A DNA stretch of 64,000 nucleotides from Diplonema japonicum. Taxonomy: Eukaryota > Protista > Euglenozoa: Diplonemea. The notes under the pieces are model-generated. The model was not told the origin of the DNA and searched no databases. It worked only from the letters and a program-made list of their open reading frames with translations. Below are positions 11,927 through 22,703 of the stretch, piece after piece. The stretch covers positions 558,001-622,000 of the forward strand of contig OZ025670.1 in assembly GCA_964019335.1 (NCBI GenBank). Direction: 5' to 3'. A program made the position numbers and the translations under genes. Every line of letters starts with the position of its first letter. Within the stretch, counting starts at the first letter, position 1.

Positions 11927-12790
11927 CCTATCTTGTTGCTGTCATCCTTGAACCTCTCTTTTAATTTAGCTCCCACAGCGTCTGACTTTGCTTAACCAAG
12001 GTAGACCTTTTCTTCCCCACCCCCTGTTTTTTGTAATATACACTTAGCTGCAATCAACTCAGTCTCTGTTTATTTATGTTTTCTTCTTTTTTTTTTCCAA
12101 TCGGAATCGGAATGCCCCTTTTTTTTGCAGTGATTTATCCGGGTGTAATTTTTCTCACCAAACACTTTCAAAAAGAATCCTATAAGATGCCAGCGTGTGG
12201 TGCCGTAACTCAAGTGGTCACTGAAGGCACCTTGTTGAGCTGCAGACTGATTTTCCTTTAGATAAAAAAAAAAAAAAAGAAAAGGGATAGCTATCCTCAA
12301 AAAAAAGGTTTTTTTTTTTCCCCCAGGGCCTCATCTTTATCTTCAGTATTCCCGGGAGGTGAGACAATCTGTGAGGCGAGAGATTTTTTTTTTTTTTTTT
12401 TGGAACGACTGAGAGTTTCTCAGAGAAAAATAGAGTCTCAACACACAGAATAAAGAAAAAAAAGAATAGAAATTTGCACACGTAGCCACTCCAAACATCC
12501 TCAAAGAAGAGGCACAGAACAAATCTGTCGGCATGCAATTAGAAAAGCGGTTCTCAGCATGGCGCACTTTGGGAGATGGTTTTTTTTCTTTTTCTTTTTC
12601 TTTTTTCTTTTTTTTTTTTTTTTTTAATTTCGCGGGAGAAGAAAAGAGCTTTCCCCCTCCTCCCCCTTTCTTCCTGGCATGGGATATTTCTTTTTTTTGG
12701 GGGGGAGGATATATATCACGTTGTGGGGATGCACTCTAGTAGTCCCCAGTGATGCCTTCGTAGAATCCTTGGAGTAGAAAATGAAATGAA

Positions 12791-12840
<50 letters not shown>

Positions 12841-13503
12841 CACTTATGCACGAGGCACTTCCTCAAGATCCCTAGTTCGGCTCCTAGTGTTTTATCTTTT
12901 TTTTGTTTTTTTCTAAACCCCCCCTTTTTTTTTCTTGTTCTATTTATTTCCTGTACAACGAACAGTTTGAAAAACTCTCTGTTCAGCCGGACAAAAATGT
13001 TTACCCCCCTCTCCCCTTTTTTTTGTTGTTTGTTAATTCTTCCCCTGTCTCGTGGCAAAGAAGCCTGCTGCCTCTGACTGACGGCATATCCCCCTTTTTT
13101 TTCCTCATACTCCCCTCTCCCTCTTCATGATGCGAATTTTCAGATCAAATAACCCCCTACACTCACATCACCCCCAGACCCACATCTGTGTCAGATTTCT
13201 TTTTCCACTGTGCCCTGTAGGGCCGTACAGCAAACGCTCTGCCGCCAGTGGTTTCAAACTATAGAACGAATGGGAAAAAACTAAAAAAAAAAAAAGAAAT
13301 AATGCGAAAAAAAAGAAAAATCTGCCAAATCTTTTAAGAAAGCACTTCTGGTTCAGATATTGCCTAAGCAGGGGGCGGGGGGGGAGGGTGAGACAAAAAA
13401 GAAGATGAAATAGGGGGAGGGCTTTCCCCCCCCCCTTTTTTTTAATACTTACTCTATTGTTGTTCTAAATTTTTTTTGACTTGGAGATTATTCATTTGAT
13501 ACC

Positions 13504-13537
<34 letters not shown>

Positions 13538-14110
13538 GAAAGTCACTTAACATACCCAGGGGGGGGGGGGGGGGGGGGGGGGGGGGCTACATTGATTGCT
13601 GCATTTGTGGGTGAGTGCTGTAGGGCCCAGAAAAGATTGAAAGCAATGGACATTAAGTGAAGAAAGAAATATGAATTTTGTTGTAAATCGGCAAACTGTT
13701 TTAAAAAGATTTTTTTTCGCTAAGGAGAAGGGCTACCTATTTAAGGAGGTAAACAAAATAAAGCACACTTTGGGTTTCTTCTTCTTTTTGTTAGTTTAGC
13801 AATACCATTGTTATGCTATGTTGGGTGCACGCGTTTGCGCCAGAATAGCCTCCTCCCCCACCCCCTTCTTCTTTTTGTGAATAAACACGTGAGTTTGTCA
13901 AAAAGAAATGTTGAAATCACCCCCTTCCCCCCACTAGTTCTTTCGCAATTGTGTTTGTGAAGCGCAAAAAAAAAAAATATTTTTTCCTGCCTCTAAAAAA
14001 ATTGAATTTGCAAAATCAACAAGAAAAAAAAAACAAAAAAGAAACCAAAAAAGAAAAAAAGGATTTGCGGGGTCGCAAGCAGCCTTCCTATTCCCCAACC
14101 CATGACTATT

Positions 14111-14141
<31 letters not shown>

Positions 14142-15122
14142 TGGTAACCGCCTCCCCCTTTCTTAGCTCAGTGCAGCAGCATTTTTTTTTTCTACTTGAA
14201 ATTTAAAAAAAAAAAAAAAGAAATCGCCAGAATCAAGGTGAAAATGAGATAAGATCTCGATGGGAACGCCAAGTAAGAAGAAAGAAGAAAACCTTGCCTC
14301 TACTCATCTTGGGTAAAAACATTCTGATGTGTGTGGTCAAATATAAAAAAAAAAAAAAAAAGAAAGAAAATGAGATCAAGATTTATTCTTTTCTTTTCTT
14401 CCCCCCTCCCCTCCTTTTTTTCCCAAAGTGAGTTCCGAAAATATTCATTAGTTGCCAGCTTTTTTTTTTCCTTCTCTCTATTTTCATATTTTTTCCCTGT
14501 TTCAGTTTTATTAAAGAAAGATATCCTTTCCTACCTCCCCGCCCCTTTTCTTCACTCAGCAAATCCGTCCCCGTTGATTTTCTTTTTATTCTTCAAGAAA
14601 AAAAAAAAGAAATAGAAGATAAGGTTGATCTTCAGAATTCAAAATAGGATAAAAAAGAAGAAAAGGAGAGGGGGGGGGGGGGGGGGGGGAAATAAGGGAA
14701 GAGAAAAGATAGGGGAATTAAGGATTTGCGAAAAAAAAGGAAAACGGGAAACAAGAACTTTGGCTATGTGTCTTGGCATGCTGCCTTTTCTTCTTCTTCT
14801 TCTTTTCTTTCTTTTGCTTCTCTCCCCTTTTGTAGCTTTATATCTTTTATAAGCCAGAAGCTTGGGGACTCTTTAAAATAAAGTAGACTTTATTTTATTT
14901 TCCCTTGTTTTGGCTAGAAACATCAATAAAGTAACTACATTTCCTCATGTTTCTTGCAGGTTTGTAATCACACCAGGCTGTCGCTCCCATGGGTCGTAAT
15001 ATGAAGCTGAAAAAAACGTCCCCAGCCACAAAATTAAAAAAAAAAAGATTTTTACTTCGTCCCGTTCCGCCCTTTTCTTTTTTTTTTTTCCGATTTCTTT
15101 TTTTTTTTTTTTCTTTTTTTTT

Positions 15123-15316
15123 GGTGATGGGGATAACATGGAGGTATAAAGAAATACATCAGATTACGTAATGTTAGCTGCTGCCCTCTTTGTCGGCTAT
15201 CACCGGTAGCTCCCTAGAGCAGAATTTTTGCACACTGTAAACAGCTTTGTTGAGGTGCGCTCCCCTGTTGCGAAGACAGTGCTTAGTGCTTGTGCATGGC
15301 ACCACCAACACTGGCC
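15123..15316 (-). mobile_element. short non-autonomous retroposon (ingi/RIME-like), internally deleted copy 1
   Basis: Both ends match copies 2 and 3 (ggtgatggggataacatg..catcagat; gaggtgcgc..gtgcttgtgca..aacactggcc). On the minus strand it ends ..ttatccccatcacc followed by an A-run. Confidence 0.7.
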
Positions 15317-16497
15317 AGCATAAATTCTTCTTTTTTTTTTTCTCCTTCTTCCAAGGAAAAATTGCTGTGTCTCCGCTCCCTCTTCCCCACGATATTTTTT
15401 TTTGTTCTTCCTTCACAGCATTTCATGCATTTTGGAGGTAGAAAGGCATAGGGTAAGGAGGAATTGAGAGTTTTTTATTTCTTCCCCCCCCCCCCCCCCC
15501 CTTTCTTTCTGTCTATTTTTTCTTCTTTTTCTCTCAGCACTCACACTATTTCTCCCTTCCCCGTTGCTAGATTCTGGCACGGAGAGAGCGTCAAAAAAAA
15601 GATTCGCTGCAACCACCCCCTTTTTTATTATTTCCTACCCAGCCCACATGCCCGTTTTCATTTTATTCACCCCCCCCCCCCTTCTTCTTTTTTTTCCCCT
15701 TCCTCCCATTTCCTTCCTTACTGTTCGGGGACTCTTAGCAAGGCTGCACCGGCCATTCCAAAAGAGTTTTCTTAAATTCTTTTTTTTTTCCCTTTCTTTT
15801 TTAATCGCCAGCAAGCAGCCAGGCGATTTTCTTTTGGACCAAAAACAGGGGGGGGAAAGAACGGTATTGAATAGAAGACGCTTGAGAGTGACCTGCACTA
15901 GGCTGTCAGCGAAACAACACAGGATTGTTACACCAGCCACCTAGAAGACTCTAGGCCTGTGCTGGTGGACCTCCCTTCTGCAATCTGTAATCTCCCGGCG
16001 CCCTGCATCAGCGGCTAGCAGGGTTTGCACATGAAGCAGAGCAGCTGAACCTAAGGCCTTGGTGTGCACTCTTCTTCTTCTTTCTTTATTTCGGGGGAGG
16101 TTCATAGTGGTTTCCCCCCCTTTTTTTCGCGCAAGACCCCCCCCCCCCCCCCCCCCCCCCCTAAAGAGTCCAAAGGAAAATAAAAGTAAAAAAAGAAAAA
16201 GAATCCCGTTTCAAATAGGCCTCCCCCCTTTTTTTACCCCTCTTTTTATTTTTATTTTTATTTTATTTCCGTGCGCGTTCTCTCAGACTAGTAAGTGGGA
16301 TCTGTTGTCTCCCGTTCACTTTCGTCCGTGAGTGAGAATGCCATCTGGTTAATGTTAGGGCACGTGCTCCTGCACTCTTCCTGTCCACCCTTTTGGCTGT
16401 GGTCGCTCTGCGCTCTCGTCCCCTTCCTCCTTCCCCCCTCAGCTCACTGTTTTCTCATGCACCATCCAAGATTAAGAGGAGGGACCAAAAACAAGAA

Positions 16498-17445
16498 ATG
16501 AACCCCTTGAAGTGCATTGTCGATGCAGAGGCCAAATTGACTCCAGAGGCCGTCAAAATACTGAGGGAGGTGGGACGACAGAGAGCGTGTTTCGAAGTAC
16601 GGAAGGCAAAACTTTTAAAAAGAAAAATAGGCAGGCCAGCGAGGCGGGTGAGGGGGCAGTGGGTGATCCGTGACGAAGTAAGAGAAGAGCTTTCAAGGGA
16701 AGAAAAAGCATTTGTGGAAGAGGTCAAAAGCGGGGTAGAAGCGGAAGTCCCCAACACTCTAGGTGTCGTAGAGGCTATATCTCAACCCATGCCTGAGAGA
16801 CTCGCCCAGGAGGTATCTTTAGCACTATGCAAGTCGCTCCATAAGGCTCCTGTTCAAGCACATATCGCAGCCGTCACCTTGATCCGGGCCTTGCTCACCT
16901 CCGAGCACACGTCAGAAAAGGTACAAACGCTTCTCTTGACATCGCTGTTCTCTTATATCCACACCCCTACGGAGTCTTGTCAGGAGGCGTACTCTGCACG
17001 GGTCGCAGCTATTCGGGTATTTTTAATACCCAGCACGCACCCCTCTCCTCCGTACACAGTCTCTATTGTGCAGCACCATCTTCTGCGTGACCCGTCTGTT
17101 GGTGCTGTTGTCCGGTATGCGGTCCTCATGCTGAGCAAGGAATGGGGGCTTGAAGCTGCCCACCGCCTCCTCAAAGAACCAGGCTTCGCCAGTCTCCTCA
17201 GCCAAACCGATGAGACCTCCGAAGGGTACACATACGTGAGGGACGCAGTCTACCAGATCGCGCTTCTTCTCAAACACGATCGGAGCCTTGCAGCACCTTT
17301 GCTTGAGTTCTATGGGCCGTCGCCTTTGGACCCTCCATTCAAGGAGGACGTCGAGCCGACATACGGCCTTCCGCTACCAGACCAGGAAGGCACTTTGTCT
17401 GGTAGGGTACGCGGGGCGACCGGTGATATTAAAATACGGCTTTAA
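16498..17445 (+). CDS. hypothetical protein, alpha-helical (ARM/HEAT-like) region
   Basis: 315-codon ORF from the ATG at 16498 with coding-like composition; no family recognised. Confidence 0.75.
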   Translation: MNPLKCIVDAEAKLTPEAVKILREVGRQRACFEVRKAKLLKRKIGRPARRVRGQWVIRDEVREELSREEKAFVEEVKSGVEAEVPNTLGVVEAISQPMPERLAQEVSLALCKSLHKAPVQAHIAAVTLIRALLTSEHTSEKVQTLLLTSLFSYIHTPTESCQEAYSARVAAIRVFLIPSTHPSPPYTVSIVQHHLLRDPSVGAVVRYAVLMLSKEWGLEAAHRLLKEPGFASLLSQTDETSEGYTYVRDAVYQIALLLKHDRSLAAPLLEFYGPSPLDPPFKEDVEPTYGLPLPDQEGTLSGRVRGATGDIKIRL

Positions 17446-17531
17446 CTTGTCATTTTTCTTCTTTTTTTTTTGTTTGTTTGTTTTCCAGTTCCTCTTTTAT
17501 TTACTTCTTACAGCCGTCCCTTTGCCCTTCT

Positions 17532-19068
17532 ATGGAGAACACGGTGAATGGGCTGACGTTCAGGTCAAACTTCGACTCGGGCAACCTTGGGAGGGTGGAA
17601 TGCATTGGTGGGGATGACTACATGTGCCACGTGACTGGCGACTGTGAAGGAACGCCGCATGCGAACTCAAACAGCACGTGGTTCCACTTTGAGGTGCAGG
17701 GAGGTGATGTGGGGCGCACGGTCATGCTGCACATCAAGAGTCTCAACGCGCAGACCAAGCTGTACGGCCATGACATGAGGCCCGTGGTGAGGAAGGGAAA
17801 GGGCAGCTGGTCTCGAATCACAACAAGGCCGCACACAGTTGCCACCCAGCAGCACTTTGTCGTCTCGTGGCCTTACACCTTCGACGGCACCGATCCCGTC
17901 AGGTTTGCCTTCACGTATCCATACTCTTACTGTGAGCTCAAATCGCACCTTGCGCAGTGGGAGTTGCTAGCCAAGCAGAGCAGCATCGTCTTCGAGCGAT
18001 CTGTCCTCACGAAGAGCCTTGACGGCAGGGACCTCGACATGCTCCGCATCACGAGCCCCAAGGGGCGCGACTCTGATAAGAAGATTGCTTTGGTATGATA
18101 AAGATGATGACACCCTTGGAACACTACCCCCCTCCCTTTCCCACAGTTCACAGCACGCGTGCATCCAGGGGAGACCCCCGCAAGCCACATGCTGCATGGG
18201 CTCATCGACTTCCTGCTTTCCGACAACCCGCAGGCAGCTGCATTGCGTGCTAATTTTGTTTTTAAGGTATCCTCATGGACCAGAAAACACAACCACACCT
18301 CAGATCGTCCCCATGCTGAACCCTGACGGTGTGGCTCGCGGGCATTACCGGTCGGACACGAACGGGGTCAACCTGAACAGGATGTACGACTGCCCTAAGA
18401 TGGACAAGCACCCTACCATCTATGCGGTGAAGAAGCTGTTCCTGTCGCTGCACGGGACGGGGCGCCTCACGTTGTATATTGACTTCCACGCGCACGCCAC
18501 GAAAAGGGGCTGTTTTGTGTACGGGAACGCTCTTGCAGGTGAGAAGCAGGTGCACAATTTACTATTCCCGAAGCTGCTGAGCATCAACAACGAGTTGTTC
18601 GGATATCAGGACTGCAACTTCAGCCAGAAGAACATGAGGACAAAAGGAAAGAAGGACGGCCTGTCGAAGAAAGGCACAGGGAGGGTGGCGTTGTACAACG
18701 AAAGCGGGATGGTGCAGTGCTACACCTTGGAGGCGAACTATAATATGGGAATGCCGTCTGATGCCGACCCGTGCCCCGTGACATATACACCGGGGTTGCT
18801 AAGGAGTGTGGGAGAGTCAGTGTTAGTTACTCTCCTGGATGAGCACAGGATGAACCCCTCATCAGTGCTACATTCGACAACTTACCAAGATCTCAATGGT
18901 GTTCTTCTGTCCATCTCAAGATCACTTAAGCAAGTCAACTCCGCCACTTCCTTCGAGCGCATCAAGAAAACCCTTTCCTTGCCCACCATACCTCGTGCGG
19001 ACGACCTGGCTCCGAGGCAACGGGTCTTCAAGCAGCGCCCTAAGCGTCCCGCCGACAGGGGTGAGTAA
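17532..19068 (+). CDS. cytosolic carboxypeptidase (M14, CCP5/AGBL5-like tubulin deglutamylase)
   Basis: FDSGNL, WFHF, FAFTYPYSY, TARVHPGETPAS, IVPMLNPDGV, GVNLNR, IDFHAHATKRGCF, YTLEANY. Introns 18093-18146 and 18267-18303 restore these motifs. Confidence 0.92.
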
Positions 19069-19404
19069 ACCTACTACTCTGTTCTATCAAACCTTTTTCT
19101 CTTTTATTTCTGCGTATTTTTTTTCTTCTTCTGCCTCTCCTTTTTTTTTCCCTGCTTTTTTTTATTTTCTTCCTTATTTTCATTATTACCTTCTCCCTTT
19201 GAAGGCCTCGTGTTATCTTTATGTTTATACTTTAGAAGTAAGCTCGCTTATGAGCGCCTTTCCCCCTCCCACCCTCTTTTTCCCATCCGTTATAATTGCC
19301 AAGCTTCCACTTGTCAGTAGAATTGTGATTACTCATTTTTGATACTGCTCGTTTGGAACGAAGCCCGTTTTGCGTTAAATCTTTTTTATAGGGAGACTCG
19401 GATA

Positions 19405-21114
19405 ATGAAAGCGGTGAAGGAAGAAGGGAAGAGAAAGCAGCTGCTGTCGGTTGCCGCACTTGCGAAGCTGCTGCATGCATGGCAGGCAGAGGTGGGCACG
19501 GCAACGACCCTGGCTACCTGCCAGAAGCTTGTTCAGGTCCCGTCGCTGAGGGGGGTTTTGGAGTATCTTGTTCTCAACACAGCTGTCGGTACGAAGGCCA
19601 AAGAAATGCGGACGAACCTTAGGATGCAAGACCCCAAAGCAGAAGCTGCCGACGAAAAGGTGAGGGCTCATATCGAGAAACTGCAAGCAAGGAGTGACGA
19701 GCTTTGCCACCTGGTTGAAGAGACCAAAAAGGCAGTGGAGCGTGCTGGTGCTGATGCGCACCAAGCTCGCTGCGCTGCTGACCAGTCAGCCGTCGAGAAG
19801 GATATCCACCAGCAGCGCCTGCACACAGCACACTGCCAGACACTTGCCTTCCAAGGCCTCTCTGCATACACCGCGTCCCAAGCTGCCAAGCTCCGTGCTT
19901 CAGTGGAAAACCTTTCCCTATGCAAGCCTGTCGGGACAGCATCGACACCTTCCGACGTCACCAGCACTATACAGAAGTTGCGCAGCATCCTTGGGGAAGG
20001 CGACACCAAGACAGCCGGGCAAATACCCTCCCTACATGCTGCCCAGCAACATCACACCACCGCTGCAGCGCTGAACAAGCTCAGCACTATGAACTGCAGC
20101 GAGGGGCACGTCGTGCTCTCGGCACTGCGCTCCACCCTCAGCAGCAGCATGAATGAGCTTGTCACCATCGGTGGCAGGGAGGCAGACCCTACGTCAGGCA
20201 TCGACACTATGAGAGTGCTCACCAGCGAGGGACAGTCGAGCCACATGAAAATGTTTTTAAAGGAGGAGGCGACGAAGAAGAGAACTACCGAACTACGCAA
20301 GGAAGCAGCAGTCACCTGCAAGCAGATCCTTGAAAGGTTAGATCACCAATCGACGCTAGCCAGACAGCTCACCGAGACGCAAGCTAGACGCAAAGGTGCA
20401 GAGGTCCAAAAGCGAGTGTTAGATGAGCAGTTGCGTCTGGTGGGTGTAGAGGCGAGGCCCATTCACAAGAGGCTTGCTGCCGGAGAGAAGAAGCCCTTCA
20501 TAGACGCACTGCGAGCTAAGAGGGATTCCAAGCTGCTGCTGAGCAACAGGATAGCCGAGATGGCACCTGTTCCGGAGAGCGACGTGACTGACAGGCTCGA
20601 CCTGTCGCCGCCCAGGCCGACACCACACGGCATCACCAACATGAGCACCAGCACGCGTCAGGTTGTCAAGGATCTGGAGAATGTAGACAGAGAAGGTAGG
20701 CTGAATAGATACGATGAAATAGTGGCCGGCACCAGTGCGAGGCTTCTAGATGGTGTTGCTCACATCAGCAGCTTGCCCGACAAAGAGGAGGATAGCCCCG
20801 TCAACTCCGTCGAGAGCAGCTTGTTGAGGCTGCACAGCCTGTTGGCAGAGCGTGCTAAGCTAAAAGACACAGAAGCTCTCAGCGCCCGAAGGCTCAAGGT
20901 AGTGACGATCCCGGCGCGCGAGGTAGTTACTGATGAGGTGTCGGCAGGCGTGAAGTGCTGGCAGGACTGCGTGTCCGAGTTTACAGGTGTCGTGCGGCGG
21001 ATCAAAGAAGGAAAGCAGCTCATCGCGTCTCTCGATGATGACTTCAAGATGCTCCTCGACGCAGCGAGGGACCTCAACGACCAGCCGGCTGCAGGCATTA
21101 TCCACAAAATATAG
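19405..21114 (+). CDS. coiled-coil protein, candidate divergent augmin subunit HAUS5
   Basis: 569-aa ORF. N-terminal LHAWQAEVG..QKLV..VLEYLVLN..KEMRTNL and C-terminal DQPAA resemble HAUS5 termini from memory. The CDS is secure; the identity is tentative. Confidence 0.55.
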   Translation: MKAVKEEGKRKQLLSVAALAKLLHAWQAEVGTATTLATCQKLVQVPSLRGVLEYLVLNTAVGTKAKEMRTNLRMQDPKAEAADEKVRAHIEKLQARSDELCHLVEETKKAVERAGADAHQARCAADQSAVEKDIHQQRLHTAHCQTLAFQGLSAYTASQAAKLRASVENLSLCKPVGTASTPSDVTSTIQKLRSILGEGDTKTAGQIPSLHAAQQHHTTAAALNKLSTMNCSEGHVVLSALRSTLSSSMNELVTIGGREADPTSGIDTMRVLTSEGQSSHMKMFLKEEATKKRTTELRKEAAVTCKQILERLDHQSTLARQLTETQARRKGAEVQKRVLDEQLRLVGVEARPIHKRLAAGEKKPFIDALRAKRDSKLLLSNRIAEMAPVPESDVTDRLDLSPPRPTPHGITNMSTSTRQVVKDLENVDREGRLNRYDEIVAGTSARLLDGVAHISSLPDKEEDSPVNSVESSLLRLHSLLAERAKLKDTEALSARRLKVVTIPAREVVTDEVSAGVKCWQDCVSEFTGVVRRIKEGKQLIASLDDDFKMLLDAARDLNDQPAAGIIHKI

Positions 21115-21195
21115 ATGTAATAGAGATTTAGAAATAATTACATGCCCCCCTCCTCTTTCTACCAGCCAGACACTCTGCAGGTTGACACAAATAAA

Positions 21196-22561
21196 ATGAG
21201 AGGTTCACGCCCTAAGGGGTTTGGGTTGTTCAACACGGGGGAACCGCAGCCGCAGGAGAGTGTGAATTTGATGCCTGCGTTAGAACCAGAGGACATACGG
21301 CGGGACTGGAGGGGCTCACCAGAGGTGGAGCGGGCTATGCGGGAGCGAAAGCTAGAGTTTGTCAAGAAGGACGGATCGCGGGTGGAGATAGGGAGAGGCG
21401 CCTTTGCCAAGGCATTCCTGGTATGGTGTCGCTGTGCATATATCACGTACAGGCACGCGCGAAGGATACTGATAAGGAGTTCGTTGTGAAGGAAGTAGAC
21501 CTGTCGATCCTGAAGGACGACCAGCGGAAGAAGGCCGGGTTGGAGGTAACGTTCTTGAAGTCACTTAACCATGAGAATGTGATTAGGTGTCTGGACGCGT
21601 TCAACACGGCAAACATCCTGCACATTGTGTATGCCACCCTCCCAGCGAAACCCTACACAGGTTGGAGTACGCGAGCGGGGGGACCTTGCATTCAAAGATA
21701 GATGAAACGAAGGACAGTGGTAACGTGTTCACCGTGGGGCAGGTTCGCCGATGGTTTGCACAATTGGCAGCCGCTCTGCGACATTTGCATGGGTCGCGTG
21801 TGCTGCATCGTGACTTAAAGACAGCTAACGTGTTCCTCGATTCGGAGGAACGGGTGAAGCTAGGCGACTTCGGTCTATCACGCAATGCAGAGGACGATGA
21901 GAACTTCAGTGGACAGCAGGTGGGCACGCCGTATTACTTCGCACCTGAGGTGGTGAAGTCGAAGCCGTTTTCAAACAAAACAGACGTATGGTCTGCAGGG
22001 GTTATTGCTTACGAGCTTGCTTTCCTTAAAAAGCCATTTCAAGCAAAGAGCATCAGAGGTCTTTACAAGAAGATCCAAGTAGCTGAGTACCTTCCGATCC
22101 CAGACGATGCTGACCCACACATGACACGTCTTTTAACCTCCATCCTTGTTGTTGAGCCAAAGGAACGCCCAAGCGCTGCAACACTGTGCCGTGATGAGGT
22201 ACTTTCTCCTTACGTCACATGTGACACACCTATGAAGACCCCGCCCAGGAGACCGTCCGCATCGCCCATGATCGATGCCATTAAACCACCGAAAGCAAAG
22301 AGAAAAAGCAACGCTGTCGCAAGCTTTCTGCAGTCTGTGGCTACCATGTCACCCCTTCAGGTCCCCGCCACCCCTGAAGACAGAAACCAAGTTAAAAAAG
22401 AAGAAGAAGATGATGATGATGAATACGGCGATGACTTCGAAGCAGAGGAGGCCTTCATCGGCAGTGACTTCGAGTATGAAGACTGTGAATATGATGATGA
22501 CTTCGAGTCCTTCGACGATGAAGAGCTGACGAAGATGAAGGAGCTCATTGCAATACACTAA
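21196..22561 (+). CDS. NIMA-related (NEK) Ser/Thr kinase
   Basis: IGRGAFAKAFL, VVKEV, HRDLKTANVFL, DFG, GTPYYFAPE, DVWS. Introns 21421-21452 and 21629-21660. Acidic tail. Confidence 0.93.
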
Positions 22562-22703
22562 AGAAATGAGGGGGGAAAAAAAAAACCAAGTTTTTTTTCC
22601 CCCCACCTATGAGAAGAATTGTTTTTTTTGAACAGTTTAGAATTCCATTTAAAAATCACAAAATACACAGGTGGTGGCAGGGTACTAAGGTCGCCAAGAA
22701 AAA

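Noticed and set aside
12199-12232. tRNA-like A-box (taactcaagtggt); similar hits at ~7550 and ~14163
   Set aside because: No T-arm/B-box or cloverleaf.
14924-14934. Spliced-leader remnant (caataaagta, antisense); also ctgtacttt at ~35670
   Set aside because: Only 9-10 nt matches in AT-rich DNA; no SL gene found, including next to the 5S copy.
7160-16331. Many 60-140 aa ORFs rich in F, K, P and G
   Set aside because: Translations of homopolymer tracts.
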